Source of the DNA: Camelus dromedarius | Lineage: Eukaryota | Length of the DNA: 64,000 nt | Direction of reading: 5' to 3' | Assembly: GCF_036321535.1 (NCBI RefSeq) | Contig: NC_087447.1 | Location: 37,822,001-37,886,000 of the forward strand | In this document: piece by piece, positions 28,591 to 41,890 of the stretch | Position numbering within the stretch: the stretch's first letter is position 1 | Layout: each line of letters begins with the position of its first letter | Notes under the pieces: model-generated | What the model was told of the DNA's origin: nothing | The model's input: the letters and a program-made list of their open reading frames with translations, nothing else | Databases searched by the model: none | Position numbers and translations under genes: made by a program

Positions 28591-29652
28591 AAATTACTAA
28601 CTTAAAAATATCTCAAAATACCCAAATATTGGGGGATTAAATTTCACAACTCATAAGAACCCATAGCTCAAAGAATAAGTCATAGGGGAAATAAGAAAAT
28701 ATTCTGAACTAAATCATAATTAAAATGCAGCACATAAAAGTTAGAGGATTCATGTAAACCATTCAGAGAGGAAAACAAGTTGTTTCCATATTCAAATAAT
28801 TAGCAACTAGGAATTGAAGTTTACAATAACATCAACAAATGTAAAACACTTAGAGACAAACTTAGTGAAAACTACTAAACAATTCTGAGAGGACTAGAGA
28901 AGTCCTAAATAAATACAGAGATTTATCAAGCTCATGGATTGGAATAGTCAGTATCACTAAGATTTCAATTCTCCCCAAGTTGATCTATAAATTCAATGCT
29001 ATGCCAATCAGACTACAAGTAGGATTTTTTTTTCAAAATTGACAACTCAAATGGAAATGTAAAGGAGCTAGAATAGCCAAAAACATTTTGAAGAAGACTC
29101 AGTTGGGAACACTTAGACTACCTGATTGTAAGACTTAATATAAAGCTACAGTAATCATAACAGTGTGGTGATGGAGTGAGGATAGACATAGATCAAAACA
29201 ACCAAATAGATAATCCAGAAATAGACACACATATGTGGTCAACTAATTTTTGATAAAAGTTCCAAGCAATTCAATGGGAGAGTGATAATCTTTTCAACAA
29301 ACGGTGCTGGAACAACTGGACAAACTGGACATCCAAATGGTAAAAAAAAAAAAAAAAGAAGAAGAAGAAGAAGAAAAGAAGAAGAAATCTTGATCTCATA
29401 CCATACCCAAATACTAACTTGAAGTGGATCATAGACCTAAACATAAAAACTAAAACTATAAAGTTTAAAGAAAACATAGGAGAAATAACTTGCAAGCTTG
29501 GAGTAGTTGAAGATTTCTTTAGATAAGGTAGAAAAAGCATGAAACATTGGACTTTATAAAAACTGAAATCTCCTACTTTTTGAAAGACATTATTAAGAAA
29601 GCCATAGGCTGGCAGAAAATATTAAATGTAAATCTGACAAAGGGCTAGTGTG

Positions 29653-29658
<6 letters not shown>

Positions 29659-29688
<30 letters not shown>
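29659..29688. repeat. (CA)15 microsatellite within a TA/CA tract
   Basis: Direct read. Confidence 0.9.
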
Positions 29689-29700
<12 letters not shown>

Positions 29701-30768
29701 AATACATACACATATAAAGAACTCTTACAATTCGATGTTAGAGGACAAAAATCTCAATTAAAAACTGGGCAAAAAACTTGAATAAACACTTCACAAAAGA
29801 AGATATACAAATGACCAGTAAGCACATTAGAAGGAGCTAACATTATATATAAGGACAAGGCAAATTAAAACCACAATCAGAAACAAATACCCAACCTGGA
29901 GAATGGCTAAAATTTTTAAAAGTTGACAATGTCAAGTGTTTGTGAGGATGTAGAGAGAGTAAAATTTTCATACATAGTTGGTAGTAACGTAAATTGTTAC
30001 AATCATTATGGAAAATGGTTTTGCACCTTATTATAAAATTAAACATATGCTTACCACATGACCTAGCAACTACACTCTAAATATTTACCCTAGAAAAATT
30101 AAAACATATTTTCACACCCCAAAACATATATACAAGAATGTTCATGGGAGTTTTCTTGTGATATACAAAAAACTGAGAACAGCTGAACGTCTATCGGTAA
30201 GTGAATGGATAAATGTAATGCGGTGTATTCATACAATGAACTACATTCAGCGATAAAAAGAAACAAACTACAGATACACATAACATGGATAAGTCCCCAA
30301 AAGAAACCAGATAAAGAAGTACATACTGTATGGTTACATTTATTGCAGACTCTAGAAAACTAATTTAGCCTATGACAGATAGCAGATCACTGGTTGTATG
30401 AAGTAGGAAAGAGTGGCTGGGAGGGGGAAGAAGAGGAACTTGGAGGGTGATGGAAAAGTTTTCTATCTTAAATGTGATGGTGATGATATGGGTGTATTTA
30501 TTTGTCAAAACTCATCGAACTATACATTTAAAATTAGTGCATTTGACTGTATGTGAGTTAGACCTTAATAAAATTAGAGGAAAAATGGCAAAGGGATATA
30601 TAATACCTTATTCCCAATATAATTTCTCCTAAAATAATGTGGCATATTTCATGCAAGGCTTTGGTTTAAATTTCTGTATTTCAAACTTTTTGTTAATCAA
30701 ATTCTGTTTTCCTACTGGCAAGGAACATGCATCAAAAGTAAAAAATAAAATAAAAAGCATAGTTTCAA

Positions 30769-30929
30769 GTTTATACTGTATAGCACAGGGAAATACATTC
30801 AAGATCTTGTAGTAACTCACGGTGAAAAAGAATATGAAAACGAATATATGTTTATTTGCGTATGACTGAAAAATTGTGCTGTACACCAGAAATTGACATA
30901 ACATTGTAAACTGACTATAACTCAATAAA
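30769..30929 (+). mobile_element. Short lineage-specific L1 3' terminus with TSD
   Basis: Reverse complement of the 12222-12395 type sequence, flanked by AAAAG(C/T)ATAGTTTCAA. Confidence 0.85.
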
Positions 30930-30945
30930 AAAAGTATAGTTTCAA

Positions 30946-31329
30946 ACTTTTAAGACAGTGAAAATACTCTGTATGATACAATGGCAGATATGTGTCATTA
31001 CATTTTTGTCCAAAACCATAGAATCTATAACACCAAGAGTGAACGCTAAGGTAAACTATGGACTTTGGATGATTATGATATGTCAATGTAGGTTCATCCT
31101 TGGTAACAAAAAAAGTACCATTCTGGTGAGTGATGTTCATACTGGGGGAAGCAAGTATGTGTGGGGGCAGAAGGCATATAAGAAATCTTAGTCATTTTCC
31201 CAAAATTTTTTGTAAACCTAAACTGCTCAAAAAATTAAACCCTCTAAAAAAATTAATAGAATGCTTTACCTAAAAAGAGTTAATTTTATTCTATGTAAAT
31301 TATACCTCAATAAAATAAATTAATGAGGG
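30946..31329 (+). mobile_element. L1MC-type 3' end
   Basis: GTAAACTATGGACTTTGGATGATTATGATATGTCAATGTAGGTTCATC. Homologous to 48170-48530 on the opposite strand. Confidence 0.8.
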
Positions 31330-31660
31330 AAAAGTATAGCTTCAATCCATAATAACTTTAATGATCATGTTGTTGAATAAATATCTGCAATTTGGCAATT
31401 TGTTCAGCTCACTTTTTCTATTAAATTCAAGTATGATAAATGATACATTTAAAAGGGATGTACAGTATGATTCTAGTGTATAAAACTATTTTTATGTATC
31501 TACTTGTCTACCACCTACCTACCCATGGTTTTGTCTGATAATGCGTATAAATTTATGTTTGGAATTATTCTTACCAAATGGTAAACCTTGTTATTTCTAG
31601 CCATTTTGAGTAAATTGTTGCTTTCTTTGTATTCTTCTATGTCACTTAAACTTTTTTCTT

Positions 31661-32635
31661 AATGTACAAACAGCTCATACAGCTCAACTTCAAAAAACAA
31701 ACAAGCCAATCAAAAAATAGGCAGAAGACCTAAATAGACATTTCTCCAAAGACATACAGATGGCCAACAGGCACATGAAAAGATGCTCAACATAGCTAAT
31801 TATTAGAGAAATGCAAATCAAAACCACAATGAGATATTGCCTCATACCAGTCAGAATGGCCATTATCAAAAAGTCTACAAATAAATGCTGGAGAGGGTGT
31901 GGAGAAAAGGGAACCCTCCTACACTGTTGGTGGGAATGTAGTTGTGCACTACTGTGGAGAACAGAATGGAGGTTCCTTAAAAGCTAAAAATAATGACCCA
32001 GCATAAGATCCAGCAATCTGATTCCTGGGCATACATCCAGAAAAGACAAAAACCCTTATTTGAAATGATACATGTTCCCCAATGTTCATAATGGAACTAT
32101 TTACAATAGCCATGACATGACTGGATAAATAAGTTGTGGGGGGTATGTGTGTGTGTGTGTATACACACACAATGGAATACTATTCAGCCATAAAAAAGAA
32201 TGAAATAATGCCATTTGCAGCAACATGGAAGGACCTAGAGATCATCATACTAAGTGAAGTAACTCAGATAGAGAAAGACAAATATGTATCACTTATATGT
32301 GGAATCTAAAAAAATTATACAAATGAACTTATTTAATACAAAACAGAAACAGATTTATAGACATAGAAAGCAAACTTACGGTTACCAAAGGGAAAGGGTG
32401 GGGGAGGAGATAAATTAGGAGTTCGGGATTAACAGGTACACACTATTATATATAAAATAGATAAATGACAAGGATCTACTGTATAGCACAGGGAACTATA
32501 TTCAATATCTTATAATAACCTATAATGTAAAAGAATCTGAAAAAGAATATATATACATATATGTATAACTGAATCACTTTTGCTATACACCCAAAATTAA
32601 CACATTGTAAATCAACTATACTTCAGTTTAAAAAA
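31661..32635 (+). mobile_element. Lineage-specific L1 3' portion
   Basis: ORF2 C-terminal nucleotide motifs, 3' UTR similar to 12430-13400 (opposite strand), A tail. Confidence 0.9.
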
Positions 32636-32949
32636 GAGAGAATTTTAAGTCATGATTCTAAACAAACAAACAAAACAACATTTTTCTTTTCTCTCCTTTC
32701 TCAGGTTATTATTACTCAAAAATCACCTTCTCTTTGAGGTCTTCCCTGATCATGAACCTTCACCACACCTACCATCCTTTCTCTCTTCCCTGACTTGTTT
32801 TTTCTTCATTGAATTCATCCCCATCTAACATACTATTTTTTTAATTCTTAATCAACCTAATTGCAATATAATTTACATGCAATTAAATGCCCCCACTTAA
32901 GTATATACTTGTCAGTAGATTCCTTTTCCTGTGATGATTTCAGTACCAG

Positions 32950-34960
32950 GGTAATTCTGCCCTGAAAACGGCCTGGATTCATAAAATGAGTTTGCTTAAG
33001 ATTAATACTATTTTTTCTCAAAATATTGATAGAATTCACCAGAGAAGCCATCTAAATCTTGAGTTCCCTTTGTGGGAAAAATTGTAGTTATGATTAAATT
33101 TTCTTGGTTGATATAGGATTGTTAGTTTTGCCAGTTTGGTAACTTGTATCTTTCCTTGATACACATTCCTTGATGTGTACATTTAATTTAAATTTTTAAT
33201 TTCCTTTTGTGAATTTTGTCATAATATTTTTTATTATCCTTTTAATATTGAGTCTCTGTAGTAATGACTCGTTAGCATTCCTGATATTGGTAATTTGTGA
33301 CTTCTTGTCTTATTGATCAGATTTGCTAGATGTATACCAATTTTTATATATTTAAAAGGTACCAGCTTGTAGTTCATTGACTCTATCACTTGCTCATTTT
33401 CCATTATATCGATTTCTGCTCTAACCTTTATTAATTCCTTTCTTTTATTTACTCAGGCTTAATTTACTCCCCTTTTTCTAGCTTTTAAGACAGAAGCTTG
33501 GTTCATTGATTTTAGAATTTTTTTTCTAATACAAATATTTAAGCCTATAAATTTCCCATAAAGCAGCTCTTTAGCTATATTTTACAAATTGTGATATAGT
33601 TTCTTTTCATTTTCACTCAATTCAAAGTATTTTCTAATTTCCCTATGACCCTCTCTTTGACCTATGAGTTATTTAAAAGCGTACTTCTATGGGGGGAGGG
33701 TATAGCTCAAGTGGTAGAGTGCATGCTCAGCATACACAAGGTCTTGGGTTCAACCCCAGTACCTCCTCTAAAAACAAATAAGTAAACCTAATTATCTCCC
33801 CTCAAAAAGTAAAAAATAAATAAATAAATTAAAAAGGGAAAAAAAACCATATAAAAAATGAAATAGAATAAAAGCATATTATTAAATTCCAATATTTGGC
33901 AATGTTCCAGACAATGACCACAGTGGAATTAAATTACAAATTGATAATTAAATAATTAAATTTATAATGTAATTCTATTGTGGTCATAGAACTTATTCTT
34001 TATTGCTTCAATCATTTTAAATTTATTAAGACAAAGAAGAGTATACACTGTGTAATTTTAAATATATTGAGAATTGTTTTATGGTCAAACATACGGTCTC
34101 TCCTGTTTAATGTTATGTGCACATTTGTAAAGAATGTATATTCTGCTGTTGGCGGTGAAGTGTTCCATAAATGTAAATTAGGTCCAGTTAGCTGTTAGCA
34201 TTGCTTAAGTCTTTTCTAGCTCTACTTATTTTCTACCTACTTCTTCCATCAATTGCTGAAAAAGAAGTGCTGAAATTTTGAACCATGATTGTAGATTTGT
34301 TTAGTTTTCCTTCTGGTACTATCAGGTGTTGCTTCATGTGTTTTCAAGCTCTTTCACTGGGAATAAACAGATAAGATAGTATGTGTCCTTGACTAATTGA
34401 TTCTGTTATCATTAAAGAAATGCTCCTTTTCATCCCTGGTAATATTCTTTGTTCTGAAATCTTCTTTATCTGATATTCTACCTTTAGAATTTGCATGGTG
34501 TACCTTTCTACAGTCTTGTGCTTTTAAGCTATTTGTAACTTTGTATGTAGTCAGACAATCTATCTTTTAATTGCAGTTCTTAGATGATTTCTATTTTATG
34601 TTATTATTGATATTGCTGGATTTTAACCTACTACCTTGTTATTTGTACTATCTGAACTTTGTTCCTTTTTCTTTTTTTTTATTTTCTTTTGGATTAATTG
34701 AATATTTCTTATTATTACATTTTATCTCTACTATTTGTTGTATTTTATTGGTTCCTCTAAGGTTTACAATATACATCTTTAACCTATCACAGTTGATCTT
34801 TAAGTAATGTGCCTCTTCCAATATACCTTTACAACAATATACCTCCATTTTCCTCCCCCTGTGCTTTGTTCTCTTGTTATCTTAAGTTTTAATCTTATGT
34901 ATTTTATAAACCCACAACACATTATTACTTTTTGTATTTAAACATCCAGTTATCTTTTCA
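32950..34960 (-). mobile_element. Degenerate old L1M ORF2 fragments
   Basis: T-rich antisense L1 motifs (GATAGAATTCACCAG.GAAGCCATCT; AAGAATGTATATTCTGCTGTT). Confidence 0.7.
33691..33869 (+). mobile_element. tRNA-derived SINE, camelid Vic-1 type
   Basis: GGGGGGAGGGTATAGCTCAAGTGGTAGAGTGCATGCTCAGCA...GGGTTCAACCCCAGTACCTCC with A and B boxes and an A-rich tail. Confidence 0.85.
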
Positions 34961-34994
34961 AGAGAAAAAAATTCTAAACATCCATACCATAGAC

Positions 34995-35557
34995 GCATGT
35001 TTTCCAAACTGTCTGCTGAGGGGCCCTGGGCACTGCAGCAAACTCACAGGGGCACCGCGGGTATTTAAATTTTTCTAGGAACGTATTGACATCTGTTGGA
35101 CATTGCATGAACTAGTAGTTTGAGATAATCAACAGGTTTGATATTAGATCGTATTACTTTCCTTTTGCTGATGTCATATCTTAAGAAGTTGGTAGCTTCT
35201 GTGACATAAAGTAGTATCACACAAAAAAATCAATGTGGGACAGGCAGCGAATATGGTGATGTTCAATCTGATTCAAAAGTTTGAAAAGCTGTGCAATACC
35301 CAACAAGCACACACATACTGTGATAAGTAACTGTGGTTGTTTAAGAATTAAATTAAAATGTTATATTTTCTTCCAATTTACCTGTATTATTATTTCAAAT
35401 GGCTACTAAGTTGTTAGGACATAAATACTTTCAGTTGTGTGGGCCTAACTATTTAATAGATGGAAACATTAAGCATTTCTTTTGGCCTAGGGATGCTATG
35501 AAAGAAATTACTGAGCCAATAAAGGTATCATGAATGGAGGAACTTTGAGAACCACTG
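34995..35557. mobile_element. hAT-Charlie non-autonomous DNA transposon
   Basis: Ends ..TGTTTTCCAAACT and ACTTTGAGAACCACTG. Near-perfect 8-bp TSD CCATAGAC/CCATAGAA (34987-34994, 35558-35565). Confidence 0.7.
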
Positions 35558-37496
35558 CCATAGAATATTATATAGCCATTAAAAATAATGAATTAAATGG
35601 TTTCCCAGATGACTTAGAAGGATTTATAGTAAGCATTATTAAGTGAGAAGAGCAAGAGTTAAAGGAGTATATATAAAATGAGACCACTAAAAAATAAATA
35701 AAGTTCTCCAATTTGTGTGGATTTGTATCTTATGTGATTGCCTGTTGCTGTGAGCATGGAAGATGCTGAGAAAGGGCACATACCACACTATTCAGATTGT
35801 TAGCTGATGGGACAAGAAAAATGGGAAAGAAAGAAGCAAATTAAAATTGAGAGAAAAAAATAATGAATAAAGTTCCAAAATTTTAAAGGATCTCACTTAT
35901 GCAAAAATTAGTGTGGATGTATGCAGGTGTTCACATGCAAACACAGAGCTATCTGACAGGATGGTCACCCACATGTCAATGGTAATTATCTTTAGACTTT
36001 CAAATAATGTTTGCTTTCTCACATTTTTCTATATGGCTTGCGTATATAGTGTGCTTATAACATTTTTACAATTTAAAAAAATTGAGACTTTTTTTTCATT
36101 ATCTAAAGATCACTTTAACTAAAACAATATAGACATTAGCTGCCTCAGGTCCTGGCTCCTAAAATGAATGAGGCTGATCTTATCTGTGCCCCCTCCCCTC
36201 CAACTCCAAGGGATTACTGGCTCAGCATGGAAAAATCACAGGTGGGTCTTTACATTCTCTTTCAACAAAGATTCCCCAGCAGCCTGTATCTTACAGCACT
36301 ACCCAGGCTTCATGAAAACAGATCGTCAGTACTAGATTCACCCCCGTCCTCAGATAAGTAACAATCCTGAATTCCAGCCAGCTGCCCCACAAAGACATAG
36401 TATTCTCTGGGGAAGATGAAAATCAGGGCTTACTGGAATGATGGGCTCAGTTGCTCAGGGCCTCTTAAAAACACTTCCAAACACCCCTCCCTCCCTTTTC
36501 CAACTCTTTTAAGGAATACAAGCATGGATCACAAAAAGAAATGAAATAAATAAGTTAAATTAAGTTAAATTTAAAGGTAAGGTATGTTAAAACTAGAAGT
36601 TGCTGTTATGGAGAATAGGAGTTTAAGTCATTTTTATTTGAATATTAAATAAGAGAATGACCTCAAGAGGCCCGAGGACTTTGAAACACTTGGGCTACAA
36701 TTTAAAAAAACAAAACAGAAAGCCGTTTAAAAAAACAACCAGAAATTGTGATTGACCAGACAGGTGAAGATATATGACCATATTTAAATAATTCTACCTA
36801 ATCACATCTACAATGTTTGATAGTTCCAGAGGGCAAATTGCTGTGCCAGGAATATCAAATATCATTACATCTGCCTCCAAAGTACAGATATTAGAAAAGA
36901 AAATAGATGAAATCCCTATCATTTTCTGAATTTTTTTACTTAATTTTATAAATGATACTTCGCCAGTAAGTTAATCTTCATAAGAAATGACTCTTCATCT
37001 CTCCTGTATGGGCTTCTCAATATTTTTCTTTAATGGACAGGAAATTAAATACCTTATTCTCAGTCACATCAGGACATGGAAGTCCCCTTTCACAGTACAG
37101 AGATATTGCCTGACCTCTGTTTACCTTAAGGCTTAAGCAGCCAGAAACTTCTGATACATCTGATTTCGTGTCTGGGAAAGGAAAGAAGAGTAGAAAAAAA
37201 TATTCCAATACAGGCACCAAATGATACCCATTACCAGCACTGATAAATTATTTACCCTAAGGCCCTATGATCCTTTAGGGGCAAGTCCGTGTACGTCATA
37301 TCCCATCACTGTGCCCAGCACACAGTTATGCTCACTAAATCTCATTTGAGTGAATAAACACATTTCTCCCATTAAATATGCAGATTGTTGAATTGTCATT
37401 CCTGTAATTTACCCACTCTTACTTAGGACATATATCCCCACAGTACTAAAACATCCAAGTGAAAAGAACAAAAATCAGCAAAAAAAGGTTGAGAAT

Positions 37497-37700
37497 CTGT
37501 ACTGTCCAAAACAGTACCCACTAGATACGTAGCAATTTACATTTAAATTCAATAACATTTAAAAACCATTTGCCCTAGCCAATACTAAGTATTCAGTAAC
37601 TATGTGTGGCTAATGGGCTAAGGCATCAGATAACATAAGTGCAGAACATTTACCTCATCCTAGAAAATTCAAAGTTCTCTTGGATAGAAAGTTCTAGATG
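37497..37700. mobile_element. MER3/MER33-like element
   Basis: CTGTACTGTCCAA..GTACCCACTAG...ATGTGTGGCTAATGG...GCAGAACATTT. Confidence 0.55.
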
Positions 37701-38293
37701 ACTGCCTAAAAATTTTCCATTTCATCTTGATGTTCTATGCTTTTATAAATATGTCAAGAGTTCAAGACCTTTTCCAAGTATATAGTAGAGTCCCTTAAGG
37801 GAAGTGATTTGGGGAATAAGGTTTTCCTGTAATTTGGGCTTTGGAAAATTACTCCAAGATTCAGGAGAGCTTGTGAATACACACTGAAGTAACAACTAGT
37901 ATTCCCTGAGGGCAGAATCCTTTTCTTGTTCATTTTTCCATCTCCAGCAGGTAAGACTGCACTTAGTAAAGGCTGAATAATGTTAAATATGTATGTATTC
38001 CTAACAAATTACACATTCTCATTCTAACATTTCATGTATCTCTCATATATAACACATTTATTTCAGATGTCAGGAGTGGAATAGATTCTGTTGCCTAGAG
38101 GATAAAGAAAAGACTTGCTTTATCTTTTTATAGGGTCTGTCTTCCTTCTCGCTACCTCCAGTGCAGTCTACTTTTCCCGTCTTCTACAGTACTAGTTCTT
38201 ATCTAATGATGAAAGCTACTGTCACAGAGTTTGTGCTGACTGACCACATACTCTACACTGATGACATATGTATTACGAAACAACAGAATTTAT

Positions 38294-38637
38294 TGTTGTC
38301 TGAATGTTTGTATCCATATGATAAAATCCTAATACTCAATGTGATGACATTAGTAGCTGGGGCCTTTGGGAGATACTTAAGTCATGAGACTGGAGTCCTC
38401 ATGAATGGAATTAGTGCCTTATAAAAGAAGCTTCAGAGAGATCCCTGGCCCCTTCTACCATGTAAGGGTACAGCAAAAAGACAACCATGTATTAACCAGG
38501 AAGCAAATCCCCACTTGACCATGCTGGAACCTTGGTCTTAGACTTCCAGACTCCAGGAATGTGAGAAATAAATTTCTGTTGATTATAAGCTACCCAGTCT
38601 GTGGTATTTCGTCACAGAAGCCCAAATGACTAAGACA
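38294..38637 (+). mobile_element. MLT1A-type LTR
   Basis: TCTGAATGTTTGT...CTCATGAATGGAATTAGTGCCTTATAAAAGA...AATAAATTTCTGTT...CTAAGACA. Confidence 0.85.
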
Positions 38638-38758
38638 TTGTCCATGCTGGTATCCCTCTGAGAGTGAAAGGGGATGGTATTAATAGTTCCACTGGGACAT
38701 CGGGCATGACCGAAGGTCACCCAGTTGGTTTTGTTCCTATCTTCCAATAGTCCTTCAC

Positions 38759-39107
38759 TGCTGTAGTCTGAATGTTTATGTTCCCCCAAAATTCATATGC
38801 TGAAACCCAATCCCCAATGTGCTAGTATTTGGAGGTGGAGACTTTGGAAGGTGATTAGCTCATGAGGGCAGAGCTCTCATGAATGGAATTAGTGCCCTTA
38901 TAAAAGAGACCTCAGAGAGCTCCTTTTCCTCTCTGCCATGTGAGAAGACAGCCATCTATGAACCAGAAGTAGGGTCTCACCAGACATCAGACCTGTCACT
39001 GCCCTAATCTTGGATTTCCCAGCCCCCAGAATGGAGAGAAATAAACCTGTTGTTTAAAGAGATCCAGTCTATGGTATTCTATTTTAGCAGCCTGAACAGA
39101 CAAAGAT
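38759..39107 (+). mobile_element. MLT1A-type LTR
   Basis: TGCTGTAGTCTGAATGTTTATGTTCCCCCAAAATTCATATG...CTCATGAATGGAATTAGTGCCCTTATAAAAGAGAC...GCAGCCTGAACAGAC. Confidence 0.85.
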
Positions 39108-40673
39108 ATATGTGTATTTTTGTCTTTAATTTTTTTGACCACTAGAAGATGTTAGCTTTTCCTGAGTGTCTAGACCATGGTTTCAGTGAGATTCAGACAT
39201 TCTCAGCAACACGTCGCTACACATACAGCCAGATTTGTGAACATTCATCATGCTCATTGAGCTCATATGGTTTATGCTCATTGACTAACATATCCATGCT
39301 TTACAGTTGTTTGGGCAACATTTAATTACAAAGGCAGATATAATAAAGGTCTAGTATAATAGTACCAAATGAGAATTTCTCCACTGCCCCTGAAGCTGCT
39401 TGATATTCCAAGACAAGGCTTTTGGTCACGACTGTGTTAAAATGATAAGTAATAGCTTAGGTTCAGGCCATTAGAAAGTTCCCATGAGAACATCATTCAG
39501 ATTGGACCTTAGGTGAAGGAGGCAGAAGAATGAGGGAGAAGATCCAAAAAGGATGATCCTGAGGTCATTCTTCTTGAAATCCACATCAGTAAACTCTAGT
39601 CTGACCATACTATCAATCAGGAGAGGATCCTTGGTCAGATCATTTTTTCAATTTCAAAAAGATTGATTTCCATTCTGTAAACACCTCCAGTTCATTTAAA
39701 TTAAGGAGCATTCCTTCTTTGGCATTCTTCCCCTGGCTACATTAGCAAAGGAGAGCTTGATCCATGACTCAAGCAGTCAAACAGCACTGGTGAGATGCCT
39801 CCTCCCTCACCCCCACATCCCCCTGGGGGATAAGTAAGGTTGGGGAGGGGTGAGGGGGTCCTCAAGAATCATTAAAGGTCTCTCAGAACCTACAGCTTTC
39901 CTTGTAACCATTTATTATGTTCTCTCAGTGCCCAGAAAAGAGAAATAGCTCTCTGCATTTGCTCTTAGAGTGATAGGTAACAATTGAAAATATTTGTCTA
40001 CGGATTTGATCACAACAGGGATGTTTGGTGAAAGAGGAAGTGAAAGACTTCACCATTTCATGGCAAGGATCTCATCTTCAGTATGCAGGATGGACTGGTG
40101 CCGGGAGAAATGTGAAAACCCTGTCCAGGGCTCTGACATTTCTGTGTGCAGAATGGTAACACTCTTCAATAGGGAAGAACAGCAGTGCTCAAGTGAGAGA
40201 CTTTTTCTTGCCCTTTGAAAACTGTCCCTTCAAGACTCATCCTGAGGGACAGCATCAGGTGAGAGTGTCTCACGGGCTCATTTTCAGTTCTTGGATTGCT
40301 CTGGCTCAGGCGTAGGACTGGGTGCTTGCCCCACAGAGCTCCTGCAGTGCAGAGTGATGCAACCGGCACAATTGTGCCTCCTTTGCACATTCCATTCCAA
40401 CTTTGCACTCACAGTTGTGTTTCAACAGGATGGAGGAAAGTAAGGGCCTGAGATGGGACAACCTAGTTGATAATATCAATTATAAAATTGCATGTGAGAC
40501 TATAATACATTCCTGAGCAGTATAAGTGGAAGAGTAAGTGAGGGCTTTGTTCTCTATTGGATATTCATAACCATAAGGCACCAGAAGGCCAAAGGTAAAA
40601 TTGGTAAAGGATCATTTATGTGTTAAGATCTGAAAAGTCCTCACAGCACTAAGAGAGAAAAGTAGTTTCTCCT

Positions 40674-40838
40674 GGGGGGAGGGTATAGCTCAAGTGGTAG
40701 AGCACATGCTCAGCATGCACAAGGTTCTGGGTTCCAGTACCCCCTCTAAAAATAAATAAATCTAATTACCTCCTCCCCTCAAAAAAAATTTTAATAATAC
40801 AGTAATAAATGATATGTTTTTTAAAAAAAAAAAAGAAA
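40674..40838 (+). mobile_element. tRNA-derived SINE, camelid Vic-1 type (B box partly deleted)
   Basis: GGGGGGAGGGTATAGCTCAAGTGGTAGAGCACATGCTCAGCATGCACAAGG with an A tail. Similar to the copy at 33691. Confidence 0.85.
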
Positions 40839-41019
40839 AACAAGTTTCTCTCAATGATGAATGAAGTTCCATTATTAGAGGTCCATTCCTTTGGTTTAAG
40901 CCTTATCGATAACAGGATGAGAATATTCATAGCACTACGCTATTGTGGTGGAAATGGTTTCAATGAACTCAAGATTCTTTCAACTCTCTCAGTCAGCTGG
41001 AAAACAAAAACATCACCAC

Positions 41020-41890
41020 TACCACACGGTCTTGATTATGGTAGCTTTAAAGTAAGACTTGAATTCAAATAGCATAAATCCTCCAATTTTGTTCTTCTTC
41101 TTCAAGATCATGATGGCTATTTTGGGTCTTTTCCCTCTCTTTATAAATTGTACACTCAGTTTGTCAAGTTCATAAAATAACTTGCGCAGATTTTTATTGG
41201 GATTTCATTGAATCTATAGATCAAGTAAGTTGGGAAGAACTGACATCTTGACAATATTGAGTCTTCCTCTCAATGAACATGGACATCTCTCCATTTATTT
41301 AACTATTCTTTGATTTCAATCATCAGTTTTTTAGTTCTCCTCATATAGATCTTACACATATTTTGTTAGGTTTATACCTAACCATTTCATTTTTAGTGTT
41401 GTTAATGTTAACTGGTATTATGTTTTTAATTTCAAATCCCACTTGTCCATTGTTGGTATATAGAAAAATAATCGACTTTTGTATGTTAACTTTGTATTTT
41501 GCAACCTTGCTATAATCACTTATTAGCTCCAGGAGGGTTGTTTGTTTGTCTTTTTTCCAACCTGTATACCTTTTATCTTCTCTTCTTACCGTATTACACT
41601 AGCAAGTAATACTTCCAGTATGACGTTGAAAAGGAGTAGTGAAAGGGAGGCATCCTTGTACCGAATCTTAGTGGGAAAGCTTTGCGTTTTTCACCATTAA
41701 GTATAATGTTACTGCAGAGTTTCTGTAGATAGTCTTTATCAAAGTTGAGGCAGTGCCCCTTGATTGCTAGTTTTCTGAGTTTTTAATCACAAATGGGTGC
41801 CAGATTTTGTCAAATGACTTTTCTGCATCTATTGATATTATCACGTGATTTTCCTTTTTAAGTCTGTTAATGTGATGGATTTTACTGATT
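41020..41890 (-). mobile_element. L1 ORF2 fragment
   Basis: Antisense ORF2 motifs (TTGTTCTTCTTCTTCAAGAT..GGCTATTTTGGGTC; TTTTCTGCATCTATTGA). Confidence 0.85.

Larger units (their letters stand above)
25230..30580 (+). mobile_element. Composite degenerate old L1M fragments (ORF1, endonuclease, ORF2 C-terminus, 3' UTR)
   Basis: A-rich sense strand with IIVVESQTLLSVI..NTEDLNDTIKELELLDI (endonuclease) and ORF2 nucleotide motifs at 28850-30050. Boundaries approximate. Confidence 0.75.

Noticed and set aside
33691..33770. tRNA gene (also at 40674)
   Set aside because: It has a SINE body and A-rich tail, occurs as two diverged copies, and one has a damaged B box.
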